This document shows positions 12,636 through 25,735 of a DNA stretch of 64,000 bases, in pieces. The notes beneath the pieces were generated by a model, which ran no database searches, was not told the DNA's origin, and saw only the letters and a list, made by a program, of their open reading frames with translations. The DNA comes from Camelus ferus. Its lineage: Eukaryota. Both the position numbers and the translations under genes were made by a program. Location of the stretch: NCBI RefSeq assembly GCF_009834535.1, contig NC_045697.1:67520001-67584000 (forward strand), given 5' to 3'. How positions within the stretch are numbered: position 1 is the first letter of the stretch; each line of letters starts with the position of its first letter.

Positions 12636-13204
12636 CAGATAAACTGATCGTTTTAGATTTATCAGAGATTCTGAAGGCATTCTAAGTTACTTGCCAGCTT
12701 TGTCTTAGAAGGGAAACATAATTAGGAAGTGGGTATTTCCAGTTTCAGCAGTTTACTACAGTATAAATTTCAGTCATTTTCTCTGGAACCAACAGATTAG
12801 AAAATGATATAGTTGATTCATGAAATGTACTTTAAAATATTTGACATTTATGAGAGAAGGGATGAGATAAAAAGGAACAGCAGAATAATGTATATCTGCC
12901 TTCTGTTAGACACTTTTTTGGTGGTCTCGATTTTTTCCAAGTTAATCCTCTGTTGACTTGAAAAAGAATTTCTGATTATCTGATCAGAATAATATATTAT
13001 TTTCCAAACTCCTTGCAATTAAAAAAATTAATTTTTCTCTCCTCACTTAAGCAAACCATACTGGACTGTGCTAACATTGTCATTCCTAAAGAAATGCATA
13101 TATATATATCCATAAGCTTTTTTCTGTATGTCCTTTTTTTTTAATCACATAGACAGTATTTATCATAAAGGGGAAAAAGAAGGTAGGATTGGCATGGGGA
13201 GAGC

Positions 13205-13432
13205 ATGATAATAACAATGCTGATTATAACTAAATCATGTAGTACTGAGAGTTTATAAGGTATTGTGAGTTAAGTTCATTCAGTTTTCACAAAAACTTTG
13301 TGAGAATGTTAGAACAGGTGATATAATCACCTTCTTATTTTATTTATTTATTTGTAGAACAAGGCTCAGGAAATTTAGGTTGAATTTTTAAATAGTAGAG
13401 CTTTTTCTTGAACTTGGGTCCTCTGACTCTCT
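13205..13432 (-). mobile_element. MIR SINE remnant
   Basis: 'tcacaaaaactttgtgag...aaggctcagg...ttgaacttgggtcctctgactc' is an antisense MIR core. Confidence 0.55.
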
Positions 13433-13689
13433 TATTTGCAATTATAAAAAGCACTTTTATTAATAAGTATGAACACATTTTTCCTGATAGATTATAGAAT
13501 TCTCACTGTATAGGAGTTAAGCAAGGCCCCATTCAAGTCTGGTTCAGACAGAAATTTTAACACAGTTTCATGTGCTCTTTAAGCTATCTTCCTATGTCCC
13601 TCCCTATCAGTTCTATTCTCTTTCCAGAATGTTGCCAGAAAGGGAGTGGTCCTCTTGTCCCTTGCTGATTTCTTGTCTTATAATATTCA

Positions 13690-13830
13690 ATCCATCACCC
13701 AATCCTACTGATTCTACACTCCAGGTAGCTCTTGGATTTAACAATTTCTCTGATTTTTATGTTGCCCCCAACCTGTTCCAAACCACCAAAATATTCTATG
13801 TAAATTTAATTCAATAGTTTTGGCTCTGGC
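13690..13830 (+). mobile_element. L2 fragment
   Basis: 'atccatcacccaatcctactgattctacactcca' resembles the L2 3' region. Confidence 0.45.
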
Positions 13831-15007
13831 ATGAGGGTCCCACCATCCTATCTTCTCTGAGAATAATGGAGTTTTTTCTTTCATGGTGAAAGTTAGAAAG
13901 TACATAACCCCAAAATCTCATACTTCCTTTCCTGGAACGGGGACTGGTCACTGGAAAATGTAGGAATCTAGGTTCTGTACCTAGAGGTAAGCACCATTAA
14001 CATGATCTTCTGTGTATACTTCCAGATTTCTGTGTTTATGGAACACATAAGATTTTACAAAATACAAATTGTCCTAACATTTTTGAAAAACAGGAACAAC
14101 AAAAAAACATTTTAAAATTTTTTCAAGTAGCAGCAAAAAATAACATGCTGAGTTGAGCAGAGTCTCTGTGATCCAGACACAGCGCCTTTCTGGGAGTTCA
14201 CTTTTGGAGGAAGCAGGCACTGCAGTGGCCCAAGTGAGGCCCCGCGTAGGTTAGGGATCTGGTAAGAAAGTACTGCATAGAAGTGATCTAGGGAAAAGTT
14301 TCTGAAGGTGTACAAAAGCTGCAAAGAACTGGGATAACTACCCAGACCTGTGGCTTAGAAGAGCTCCTTGCTTGGAGAGAAATTTGAGAGCAGAAAAATC
14401 AGCACAATTAAGAGCCAGGCCAATTGTGGGACCAACTATGAGACTTTCTGTGAGCTGTAAAGCTAAAAGAAGCAAAAATATTGTTCTTTAGAACCAGGTC
14501 CCTAAAATCTTAAACTGAAGCAACAAAATATCCAGGCTTGGGATGGGACAAAGAGAAAGGAAAATAAAGTTCAAAATAAACAAAAATCCAATCTGCACTA
14601 AAAATAAATTTGCAAATGAATGTTTCAAAAGAGAGGCAGAAAATTAATAAAACACAAGAGAGCTCACAAACTCAATAAATGAGAGAAGGGATTCTGAAAC
14701 AATGAAAAAAATAATTAAAATAAGCATAGTTTAAGTCCTCAGGAGGTCATAAAACAAAATCAATTGATTATCAAGAATAAGTTGAAATAAAAATCAAGCA
14801 ATTAGAAATATTAAAAATTAAATATGTATGTGCATATATATATTTAACATGTTACAAAGATACTAAGTAAACTGGAAGACAGTACTTAATATAGCAATGG
14901 AGAGATCAGAAAATACACAAGATTCTATCAGAGGTTCACATGATTTGAAGGATACAATTTGTGTTCTTGATCTCATTAAAATTCTAGAGGTAGCTCTGGG
15001 AAGAATC

Positions 15008-15905
15008 TTTTTATTTATTGTGGAAAAACAGACATAACATGAAAAATACCATTTTAACCATTTTAGAGTACATAGTTCAGTGACATTGAGTATATTTATG
15101 TTGTTGTCCAGTTTTCACTGCCATCTTCTCCAATACTTTCTCTTCTTCACCAACTGAAATTCTTTACTCATTAAACATAATTTCCATTTCTTCCCTCCCC
15201 TAAATTCCTAGAAACCACCATTCTATTTTCTATCTCTTTGAATTTGCCTGTTCTACCTACCTAATATAAGTGGAATTATATAATATTTGTCCTTTTGTGT
15301 CTGGTTTAATTCCCTTAGCATAATATCCTCAAGGTTCATCCATGTTGTAGCATGTTTCAGAGTTTCCTTCCTTTTTAAGGCTGAGAAATATACCACTGTA
15401 TATATATATATCATGTTTCATTTATCTGTTCATACATCTCAGTAGATATTTGGGTTGCTTCTGTTTTTCAGCCATTGTGAATGAAGCTGTGAACATTGAT
15501 ATACAATATCCTGTTTGAGTCCCTGCTTTCATTTATTCTTTTTTATATGTATACCCAGAAATGGAATTGCTGGATCATATGGTAATTCTGTGTTTAGTTC
15601 TTTGAGGAAATGCCATCCTATTTTCCACAGTGGCTGAAGCATTTTACATTCCTTCCAGTAGTGCACAAGGATTTCAATATCTTCACATCCTTACCAACAT
15701 TCCCCCTCCCCGACCCTGATGGTAGCTGTCCTAATAGGTGTGAGGGGATATCTCATTGTGCTTTTGATTTGTAGTTCCTAATGATTAACGATGTTGAACC
15801 TCTTCTCATGTGTTTACTGGCCATCTGCATATCTTCTTTAGAGAAATGTCTATTCAAGTCTTTTGTCATTTAAAAATTGGGCTTTTGTTTGCTTATTGCT
15901 TTTTA
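15008..15905 (-). mobile_element. L1MB-like 3' end
   Basis: Antisense L1 3'UTR and ORF2 C-terminus: 'ccattttaaccatttt...ccaccattctattttctatctct...cccagaaatggaattgctggatcatatggtaattct...gagaaatgtctattcaagtc'. Confidence 0.92.
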
Positions 15906-15919
15906 TTAAGAGGGGAATA

Positions 15920-16480
15920 TATTTTAAAACTTGATCAGATTATGTTGCTCCTTTGATTAAAATGCTAGCTTGACTCCCCACAGAAATAGAATAGAAGCCT
16001 TACCTTGACTGGCATGGCGCTGCTGCGTGATCTAGCCTTGCTGGTTTCCAAATCTTTCACATTCTGTGTTCCCTGCACTATATCCTTCTTTCTTAGCCTG
16101 CAAACTATCAAGCTCTCCTCACCTCGAGGCATCTAGAGCTGTTGCCTCTGAGCTTGAGGGTCTTCAGTACACCTTCAAATGACTGGCTCCTTCTCGTGCT
16201 TCAGGCCTCAAATGCCATGTTATTTGGGAAGGTCTTCCACAAATATTCAATCTAAAGTAGGAACCCCACATAAATATTTCTTCTCTTTTTTTTTTAAGAG
16301 GATTCACTAGTATTTTAAGTTATGTGTTCAGCTATTAATTTACTTGTTTAAATCCTGCCTCTTCCTCTAGACCACACGCTCACTAAGTGCTAGTCATAGC
16401 AAGTTAACCCAGAGGACCTAGAGTTGTACTTGGCATCTTGTAGGTGTCAATTAAATATTTCTGAATATTTAATTCAATGG
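15920..16480 (+). mobile_element. L2a 3' end
   Basis: 'tcagattatgttgctcctttg...gctgttgcctctg...cctagagttgtacttggcatcttgtaggtgtcaattaaatatttctgaat' is an L2 tail. Confidence 0.8.
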
Positions 16481-18285
16481 TGAATCAAATTTTCTGAATA
16501 TTACTTAAATATTTCTGAATCCATGAATCCCTATGATAAGGTATGAGTTTGCGCTGTAGGCAGGGAGGAGTGGGTGATGGGATCTGAAGGGCCTCTCATC
16601 AGGTGTAGAGATGACACTGCAGTCGCTCTCTGTGTTGTAAGAGGTCTAATCTTGTTTTCTAGTAATCCATGCAGGCCGTGACTAGACTCCTTTACACATT
16701 GTAACAAGCCTCAGAAAGCCCAAAGTCAGATTTTCATTAACAGATAGGGAAACAGACATTCTTCGTATTTCGTAAACTTCCATTCAAAGGACTGTAACTT
16801 TCTCCCAGTTTGAGGCCTGTTTTAAGCCGAGTTATTCTAATGGAATAACTGGGGATTAAAAGGGACAAGGGAGCCACTGTGCAGACGGTGGGCCTCAGGA
16901 AGACATCTGACCTCGAGCCACGCCTTCGTGTGAATGACAGGAGCTGCAGTTTGAACACTTTCTGTATCCCTCATATTCACCATTATTTGATTAAAATAAT
17001 ATACCACAATGTATTACCGCAGGTTGCATCTCAAGATCTTTGATCCAATCTAAAAGTATAATTTTCTTATTTTACAGACTGCTATGCTATGTCCTAAAAC
17101 TATAACTATAAATAGTGTTGCTTCTGTCTACTGCAGTTTTTTTTTTCCATTTTAAGTGAGAAAATAACCCTAGTCTACCTTATATAATTTATTTTCAGGT
17201 ATGAGTAATCAAATGATTGCAAGGTACTTTTCAAGAGTTAAAAAAGATGTAAAATATGTATGATAACAGCAAGTTTCCCTGGAGACCAGGTTAATCATAC
17301 AAGAGCTTAAAGAAACTTTATTTTTTACTCTCCATTAAAACAACAAAAACGTGTCTATCTTAATTTAAAAATACACAAAGTGGAATTATTAAGAATCCAA
17401 CAAAAGCAGTAGGAACAGATCTTAGTAGACTTTATGTTAGCATTATGACGTTTAAGTTCTTTTGCTATAGATAGAAATTCTTTTTTTTCCATAACTTACG
17501 ACTCCAAGCAAAGTATTTCTGGTTCAGTGTCTTAAATCTCACAGTTGATCTTCCCAGAAATGTTTAATGGAATGATTCCATATCTTGTTTTTAAAGACAT
17601 TTCCACTGGTGGAGTTAATTATGCTGTCTCTCATATTACTGTCTAGTTTCACTTTAGATTGGGTTTAAAGTGATTTAAGAAAAAGGGTGACTGACTACAT
17701 TGACTAATTAAAGCTTCCTGGAGAGAAGGTGGAAATCTAATAATGGCTATTTCTGCCTTCCATGCCGTCCTCTCTCATTCTTTCCTACTTTCATACCCTT
17801 TCACTTACACAGCTGGTTTGAAATGACCACTCTCTCCACTCCCTAATCTGTTCCTCTGATCTTCTAGTAAATGGCATTATTCTCATGCAGCATTTTGTAA
17901 GCCCCACCCCATGACCTTCTCTGCTTCTGCAGAATGCCTTTGGACAGCCCCTGGTTATTTCATAGTCTTGCATTTGACTGATTTAGTATTGTCATGTGTT
18001 CCTAAATGAGATTGTCAGATATTTCACTTCTCTTATACCACATAATATACTTTTAAATAAAATTGAATGTTGTTCAGTGTTTAACATTTGCCACAAAATA
18101 AAGACTTTATAGTGATGATTATGATTCATTCATACTTTATGATAAGAAAAGAATTTGGATATTTAAGAGAGGAGCTCTCATTGACCTCATCTACTTTTTC
18201 ACTCCTATAGGCAGAAAGTTTCTCTTACCCCTACCATTTTTTCCAACTGTGATTTCTTAATGTAGGTGCAAAACTCTGCAATATA

Positions 18286-18630
18286 CAGTTGGCCCTCCAT
18301 AACCCTGGATTCTGAGCCCACAGATTCAATCACCCACTGATCAAAAAACATTCAGAAAAAAATTCTAGAAAGTTCTGTGAATAAAACTTGAACTTGCCAT
18401 GTGCTGGCAAATGTTTATATAGCATTTACATTGTATTTACAACTATTTACATGGCATTTATACTGTATTAGATATTATAAGTAACATAGGGGTGATAAAG
18501 TATATGGGAGGAGCTACATAAGTTATATGCAAATACTATGCCATTTAACATAAGGCATTGAGCATTCTCTGACTTTGGTGTCTGCCAGGGCCCTGGAACC
18601 AATTCCCCATGATACAGAGGGATAACAGTG
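18286..18630 (-). mobile_element. MER2 (TcMar-Tigger MITE)
   Basis: Reverse strand 'ggggaattggttccagggccc...aaatggcatagtatttgcatataac' matches MER2. Starts 'cagttggccctcc' after a TA dinucleotide; about 345 bp. Confidence 0.9.
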
Positions 18631-19145
18631 TTTATAAGAATTGATGTTTAATTGAGATATAAAATTTATTCCCAAAGAAACAACCTTGAGGAGGATAGAG
18701 AACAGTGTTGGGTTGGGCAGTAACATAACTGTCTCCTTGTAGTAGCTGCCTTTGAGCAGATGTTTGCATTCAGTAATGTGAGGGTTACTTATATATTCAT
18801 AATGGGCTAAAAATAACCTTTCATTATGCATCTTTCATCTGTGTCACACAGATTTTGAAATCCTTCTTCAGAAAATCAATTTTGAGAGAGAATTATTCTA
18901 ACGTGCCATTTTTATAGCATATTGGCTCCACATTCTTAACAAATAGGGATGAGAAATATCCATCAGTGACCACAACCTTTGTTTTACCGTGAAGGCTAAT
19001 ACTGCTCTTTAAAGGTTTGTACAGTGACCGGGGAATAAAATCCTAAACCACAAGACAGTGCTTTCTAGCTTTGTAATTCAGTTGCAAAACTTTCCTCCCA
19101 AAATGTCAGGACCACTTTGGAGTTGTTTAATCTGTCTGATAATAG

Positions 19146-19562
19146 TTGTTCCACTCAGGTTCCCTAAGAAGCAGACTCTGAAAGGGAGATCAACCTGCAG
19201 AAGGCTATTGAGGAGTTCTCTTAGAAGTTGCACCTGTCTGGAAAGTGGAGGAAAATGACTTTGGCAGAGGGAGATGTTGAACTGAGGTGCAGTCACAACA
19301 AAGTCCCCAGAGAGCCAAGCCAGAAGGAACTCTGGAGCTGGGGGTTCTCTGCCACGGTATCACAGTTTGGTGCAAGGAGGTCAGGCCTTTATTCCTCTAT
19401 GGTGATCAGTCATTGGATTTGGGCTGTCCAGGGAAGTGGGCATAAACTTGGGCAAAATGACTCTCTTCAGACTTTCAGAGATGTTAGATGTCAACACTCC
19501 CAGTAATTGGGAAAATAAGTCTTTTAGTCCTAAAGGTGGGGAGCTGTGTGGTACACTGTGGA
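19146..19562 (-). mobile_element. ERVL solo LTR (LTR16C-like)
   Basis: 'ggttccctaagaagcagactctga...tggcagagggagatgttgaactg...ctctggagctggg...caggcctttat' is antisense LTR16. Confidence 0.8.
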
Positions 19563-20370
19563 CCCCTGAAAATTGTCTTAGAAAAGGAAAAATATATAAA
19601 ATAAGAATATATTAATAATACATATTAATATATCATCTATGTAATTGTCTATATACTTATCTTATATTTTCTTCCAATTATGAGAAATTTTGTTTTTAGA
19701 AAGAACCCCCAAAAGTCATAAGTGATAAATTATCCTTATTATCAAATTGAGAGCCTACATAGACAATGACAGTCATTGGTATTTCCAAATTCATGAATTT
19801 GAACTGAAATAACATTGATAGCAATAGGACCCACATCTAATCTACTTTATGTTTTCATCAGTGTTCTAAATGTTCACATTACTGTTGATCTTGAATTTAC
19901 AACTAATAACTTTTTTCTATTTACAGAATAATAATATTTAGAAAAACAGAACATTTTAGTTGTGTATAAACTTGTTGAGCCAAGATAATTTATACCCTCA
20001 TAATATCATATACAAAATGAAAAAAATTAACAATCTTTAAAAAAACAAACAAACAACAATCTTCAAAAAAAAATAAAGACCAAGTATAGGTGGATATCTG
20101 TTGCCTAAAAACTGTTAGGAGGACAGATTGCAGGGGCAAAGTGAAGTAGGATGTGAAAAGCTATTACACTGAACAGAAATATGTATATACATGTATACCT
20201 GTCTGTGAATAAGCAGATAACATAAGCACACACATGGATGTTTGTATGTCTATCTGTGTATAAAAGTGGAAGAAATTGCACTGAAATGATCATTATAATA
20301 CCAAAAAATTATCTGGCCAAAGACATCATGATAATTTTTATTTTCTGTATTTCTTTTATTTTCTACAAAA

Positions 20371-20371
<1 letters not shown>

Positions 20372-20421
<50 letters not shown>

Positions 20422-20443
20422 GTACCTACCTACCTAACTACCT
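20372..20443. repeat. (TATC)n tetranucleotide microsatellite followed by a degenerate (TACC)n tract
   Basis: Directly visible. Confidence 0.97.
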
Positions 20444-22177
20444 GTCAAGTGGATACACATCAAATGTGTTCCTTGGGTCACATTATATAGGAAAGCTAGC
20501 AAAGAATCAAGTCACTCTTCTTTTCTGTTAGCTTGTGTATGCTGGAATATGAGGTAGAAGGAACTCTGGACAGTTCTGCCAACTTGAACCAAGGGAAAGG
20601 AATACGTTCCTTACAAAAACTAATAAAGACCACAACATTTTCTTTTTAATTGCCTGTCACATTTTTTCTTGTAGAAGATGCTTAAATGACAAAGGTGAGT
20701 GACTGAATGAGGTATTAAAATAGCTTTATCTCCTCTCCAACCCAAATGAATAGTATTTGGTTTCAGGATTTTGCTGTTGTTGGCCTTCCAGAAATGGTTT
20801 CAGTTTTTTTTTTTTTTTCTATTTGAAACAATGTTATTCCTTATTTACATTTTTGAACCTCAGTTCAGATGTCTCTGTTTTTATTTACTCGGTTGTATTT
20901 TGAATTGTGAATTTTTATTCAATTCTGTCTTTACAAACATTATTATCAAAACATTTATCATAAGATGTGTTTAAGAAGAGAATCTCCAGATATTTCAGAA
21001 GTAGCTGAATTTTTTTCACTTTTCGTATCTTTTGTTCCTTGTCACCTAAGGAATTACTAAATGGAGCTTTTGAATCTCCTGTTTTCCTCTCACTCAGCAC
21101 TCCTTTGCTTCTTTCACTGATAATACTTTACAGATCAGCTTTTCATTTAGTGGAATATAGTTTTTACTGATCGATCAAACCAGCTTCCTTTGTTGCTTAC
21201 TGGTGACAAGGTTAGTGATTTTGCTCACATCACTGTCAGACACAATATTATTGAAGTTTTTAAAAATGTATTTTCAAATATTTTTTGGCCAATTTAGAGA
21301 CTGAGGGAAGGCTATAAATATATTATCATTTTGCAAAACTTCCTGCCCTGGAAGATTAGATAGACATTGAGGAGAGGCTCTCTTTCGTATTGCTTCAGGA
21401 AGTTACTTGACAATTCTGATGAATTTTTTTTGCAAAAAAAAAGTTCCGTGGTTGTAAAACAGAGGAGATGTCTCTTGGAAACAAAAAAGCTCATTCTGTG
21501 CTGAGACTCCAAACATGAGATTTACCACCATGAGAATTCTGGTCCTCAGCTTTGTAAGCTTAAGAACTCACCTTGTCTTTTTCTAAATTCAACTAGACTC
21601 TGGGATTCTTAGATTTCTAAGGGTCATAGGAGATCTGCTATATATGTCATACGCATCTGTGTCTAACTTACAGTGAGAATCTTATGAAGTGGAAGGACTA
21701 CTCACATAGTTCAATATGAAAACTTTCTCCCTGTAGCATGCTGAGTATCAGTGGATTATTGGGTGATTATAAAATCAGTACACTGTAAAAAACCAGAATT
21801 TTCAGTGGTGTCAGGTTAAGATAGCTCCTAAGTTCATTTTCCCAAAAGGCATGTCCTTACCAATATAATTCTACCTTTTGATATTCCTGATAAACTTTTC
21901 CTCTTTCCTGCATAGTTCTTGAAAGAACACTGTGCCTTCTATGACTCTCCATTTTCTGTTCTTCCTTTAATCATTAGCACTTTTTCTAGTGGATAAATGC
22001 TTTCTCTATAGATACTATGGCTTCGTTAAGGTATAGTCACCCCTTGGTCCCAATACCTTACGTGTCAATTTTTAGTTTAACTTTCAGAAGATAATATCCT
22101 ATCGCAAATCCCAAGCATCACTTTTTGTTTCCCAGTGATCTGCTTAATAATGCCAATAATGTTTACCCTGCTAGTTT

Positions 22178-22342
22178 TACCATGGTTTGTCAACCCTGTG
22201 TACATATAGGAATCACCTGTAGAAAATGTAAAAATACTTGGGACCCATGCCATTCCAACTAAATTTGAATCTCAAAGTGAAGTGGGGAGTATATTTTTTA
22301 AAATATCTTTGATAAACCACCATGGTTTTAAACCACTAGTTT
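22178..22342. mobile_element. MER5-like hAT-Charlie MITE
   Basis: 'catggtttgtcaaccctg...gaatcacctg...aactaaatttgaatctc...ttttaaaccactag'. Confidence 0.6.
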
Positions 22343-22819
22343 ATACACTTGACTCAACTATAAAGGTATATGATTTTCTGTGGGGATAAGAGGAAATCTG
22401 CTACAGTATGAAACCAACTGCTGCATTTGACATATTCCTCTCCTGACCTAAGCAATTTTCACTTCTGAGAGTTGAGTATAATAGGATCATTATTGGGCTC
22501 TTTCTCTGTAATACACTGAAATATCACATCAACAGTGATGAAGGTTGCTGGCTGTGGGGACAGTTTTAAATACTAACAAGAGCTTACCTTTACCATGAAC
22601 TGACAATGTGCCACATACCAGGTAGTTTACTTCTGTGAACCCCTCTATTTATTTTATGTTTTATTTGACAGCTGTGTTTTAAGTAATACGCATGTAACTG
22701 TACTTCATGATTTAAACCTCTCATAATAAATAATATACTTAATTCAGAATTAAAAAATATATATTTACTTAAAATAAAAATGGAAGAAATTTTCAAAAGC
22801 AGTGTGAGCTACCCTGCTT

Positions 22820-23000
22820 AGAACATGCATTCAAAGTATTCATCTGTCTCATCTCAACAACCCTAAGTGGTGAGCATTCTTTTCATCCCCATTTTACAGT
22901 AAAGTGAATGGGAACATAGTGAGATCAAGTAACTGTCCAAAGTACCAAAGCTCATAAATGATGAACAGATTCAAATCCTCTTAGTCTAACTCCAGAGGCT
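22820..23000 (-). mobile_element. MIR SINE
   Basis: 'caacaaccctaag...catccccattttacag...aagtaactgtccaaag...gattcaaatcc...gtctaactccagag'. Confidence 0.8.
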
Positions 23001-23338
23001 TCTATTTTTTTTTAAAGAAAAAAAAAATCTTCATTCATTCTTCCAAACAACTTACAGTATAAGAATGCACACTACTGGAATAACACAACTGCAACTGTAA
23101 TTCCCATATTAAGATAAAGACCTGCTAATCACACTTACCACATTACAGAAATAAAAGTTAATTTACTACACAAAATAAATTAAAATATTAAATACTAACT
23201 TTTACAGTTCAAACATATACAACAGTGAGAGTGACCAGTTCTAGAAAAAAGAAAGCATCATGTTTGTTATAGTAAAGATAATGAAAACTTGAACATTTCA
23301 GTAAGTCATTACACTAGGAAGAGGGGTTACTTGGCAGG

Positions 23339-23343
<5 letters not shown>

Positions 23344-23375
<32 letters not shown>
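23344..23375. repeat. (TG)n microsatellite
   Basis: Directly visible. Confidence 0.97.
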
Positions 23376-23381
<6 letters not shown>

Positions 23382-23559
23382 CTGTATACAGATCACTAAA
23401 TCTTTCAGAAAGCCTAGTGAAATCCGTGACTAACGAGAACAAAATCTTATGTCAGAGCATTAATCATATTCTTTATTGTCTTCCATTCACTTAATAGGCA
23501 TACTGTGTAAAACAAAGCAAAACAAAAAGCGTGAAACAAGACAGAAGGGTTGGGCAACA

Positions 23560-24203
23560 AAATTTTAAAAAATTAACAAGTGGAACTACATCAAATTAAA
23601 AAGCCTCTGCACAGCAAGGGAAACTATCAATAAAGTGAAAAAAAAAAAACCCTGTGGAAGGGGAAAATATTTGCAAACCATATATCTGATAAGGGGTTGA
23701 TATCCAAAATATATTAAGAACTCATAGAACTCAATAGCAAAAAACCCCAAATAACCCAATTGAAAAATGGACAAGGACCTAAATAGACATTTCTCCAAAG
23801 AAAATATATGAAAGGCCAACAGGTACATGAAAAGATGCTCAACATCATAAGTCAGTAGGGAAAAGCAAATTAAAATCATAATGAGATATCATCTCACACC
23901 TATTAGAATGGCTGTCATCAAAAAGATGAGATAGCAAATGCTGGTGAGGGCACACTTGTTCCCTGTTTGTAAGATTGTATATTGGTAGAGCCATTATGGA
24001 GAATGGTATGAAAAAATCTCAAAAAATTAAAAATAGAATTATTATATGATCAGAAATTCTACTTCTGGGAATATATTTAAAGGAAATGAAAAAGATTAAC
24101 TGGAAAAGATATCTGCACTTCCGTGTTCATAGCAGCAGCATTTACAATAGCCAAGAGATAGAAACAACTCAAGTGTCCATCAAAGGATGAGTGAATAAAG
24201 AAG

Positions 24204-24258
<55 letters not shown>

Positions 24259-24835
24259 GGAATATTACTTAGCCATAAAAAGAATGAAACCCTGCCATTT
24301 ACAACAATATGGGTGGAACTTTGAAGGCATTATGCTAAGTGAAATAAGTCAGAGAGAGAGAGACAAAGATTGTATTATCTCATACATCTGTGGAATCTAA
24401 ACAAACAAACAAAATTTCATAAAAAGAGATCAGTCTTATGATTACCAGAGGCAGAGGGTGGCAGGGCCAGGGGAGGGGGGAGCTTAATTGGAGGAAGATG
24501 GTCAAAAGGTACAAACTTCCAGTTATAAGAGTTGTAACGTACAACATGATGAATATAGCTAACACTGCTGTATCAAATATAGAAAAATTGTTAAGAGAGT
24601 AAATCCTAAGAGTTCCCATTGCAAGTAAAAACATTTTTTCCTTTTTTCTTTCTTTTGTTTTTACTATATCTATATGAGAAGATGAATGATAGCTGAATCT
24701 ACTGCAGTAATCATTTCACAATATATGTAAATCAAACCATTATACTGTATGCTTCAAACTTATAAGTGAGGCATGCCAATTATTTATCAATAAAAATGAA
24801 AGAAAATAAAACAAAAAAAGAAAAGAAAGAAAAAG
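23560..24835 (+). mobile_element. L1 3' end (ORF2 C-terminus, 3'UTR and A-rich tail), laurasiatherian subfamily
   Basis: ORF2 remnant 'KWNYIKLKSLCTARETI', 'MRYHLTPIRMA', 'MEYYLAIK'; 3'UTR 'ggtcaaaaggtacaaacttccagttataag'; AATAAA near 24789 then an A-rich tail. Confidence 0.95.
24207..24256. repeat. (CA)n microsatellite inside the L1
   Basis: About 25 uninterrupted AC units. Confidence 0.98.
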
Positions 24836-25309
24836 CAACATTTGGTTCCTTCTCTTCAGGACATATTATCTATAGATTGCAAGCTAATACATAACGACAT
24901 TCATGATTACATTAAAGATTTATATACACATTTATAGCTGAATACTGAGAAAGTTAGGAGGCAAAAGTGTTTAATCACGAGTAGCAATAACAGAATTGGG
25001 GTTTGGATTAGAGTAGAGAAGAGGGTATCTCACTGCAGGAAAGACTGCATAGTGAGAGGTAGGGGACAAATGCCTGTCAAGAAGGAGCAGCTAAGCCAGC
25101 TGGGTTTCTTTGGGAGGAGGTAGGGAGATAAAAGATGGATTATTTCCCTCTTGGGACTGGGTTTATATTCTGATTGAGGAGAAATCTAGGGAGGGCTACC
25201 TGTTGGCATTCTGGCTCTAATGGAAATACCCATCACAAGGGGCCCCACGAATCTGGCTCAGAAAGGGAGAATAGTATACACGAGGTTTAAAGAGAGTGCC
25301 CCTGGATCA

Positions 25310-25545
25310 GTGCCTGGGAGGAGCCGGCCTCAGGGAGACTTGAGCTGCCTTCACAGTTGTTCCCTGGCGGGATATGGGGCTGGGCCTCCGTACTTGTGAT
25401 GTGGCTTGGCCTTGAGAGAAGCAGCCTCACCTCAGCTTAGACAATTCCTTCAGGGCAGTTTAGGCCTTTTTTGCCAGCAGCATTGATGGCAATTGGGGGA
25501 AATTGATCGTCAGTTTCTGAAGGGGGGTCTGGGTGATGCTTCACT
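25310..25545 (-). mobile_element. LTR16-like LTR fragment
   Basis: Similar to 19330-19560 ('ggcaattgggggaaat...ctgaaggggggtctggg' versus 'cagtaattgggaaaat...ctaaaggtggggagctgtg'). Confidence 0.55.
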
Positions 25546-25571
25546 TTGTTCAAATATTATTCTCTGATAGA

Positions 25572-25735
25572 GCAGTTGTCCTGAGCATCAGAATTAACTA
25601 GGTTAAAAAAAAAATCTTATGTGCACTAAATCAGAATCTCTCTAAAGGAAGCCCAGATGACTGAATTTAAAAAAAAAAAAAAAAACATCTTCAGAGGTAA
25701 TTCTGCTGATCATCCAGGTTCAGGAACCTCTGGTC
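25572..25735. mobile_element. MER5-like MITE
   Basis: 'gcatcagaattaact...actaaatcagaatctct...aggtaattctg...ttcaggaacctctgg'. Confidence 0.7.

Noticed and set aside
16451..16522. Short repeats of aaatatttctgaat
   Set aside because: Local slippage at an L2 3' tail; too short and irregular to be an array.
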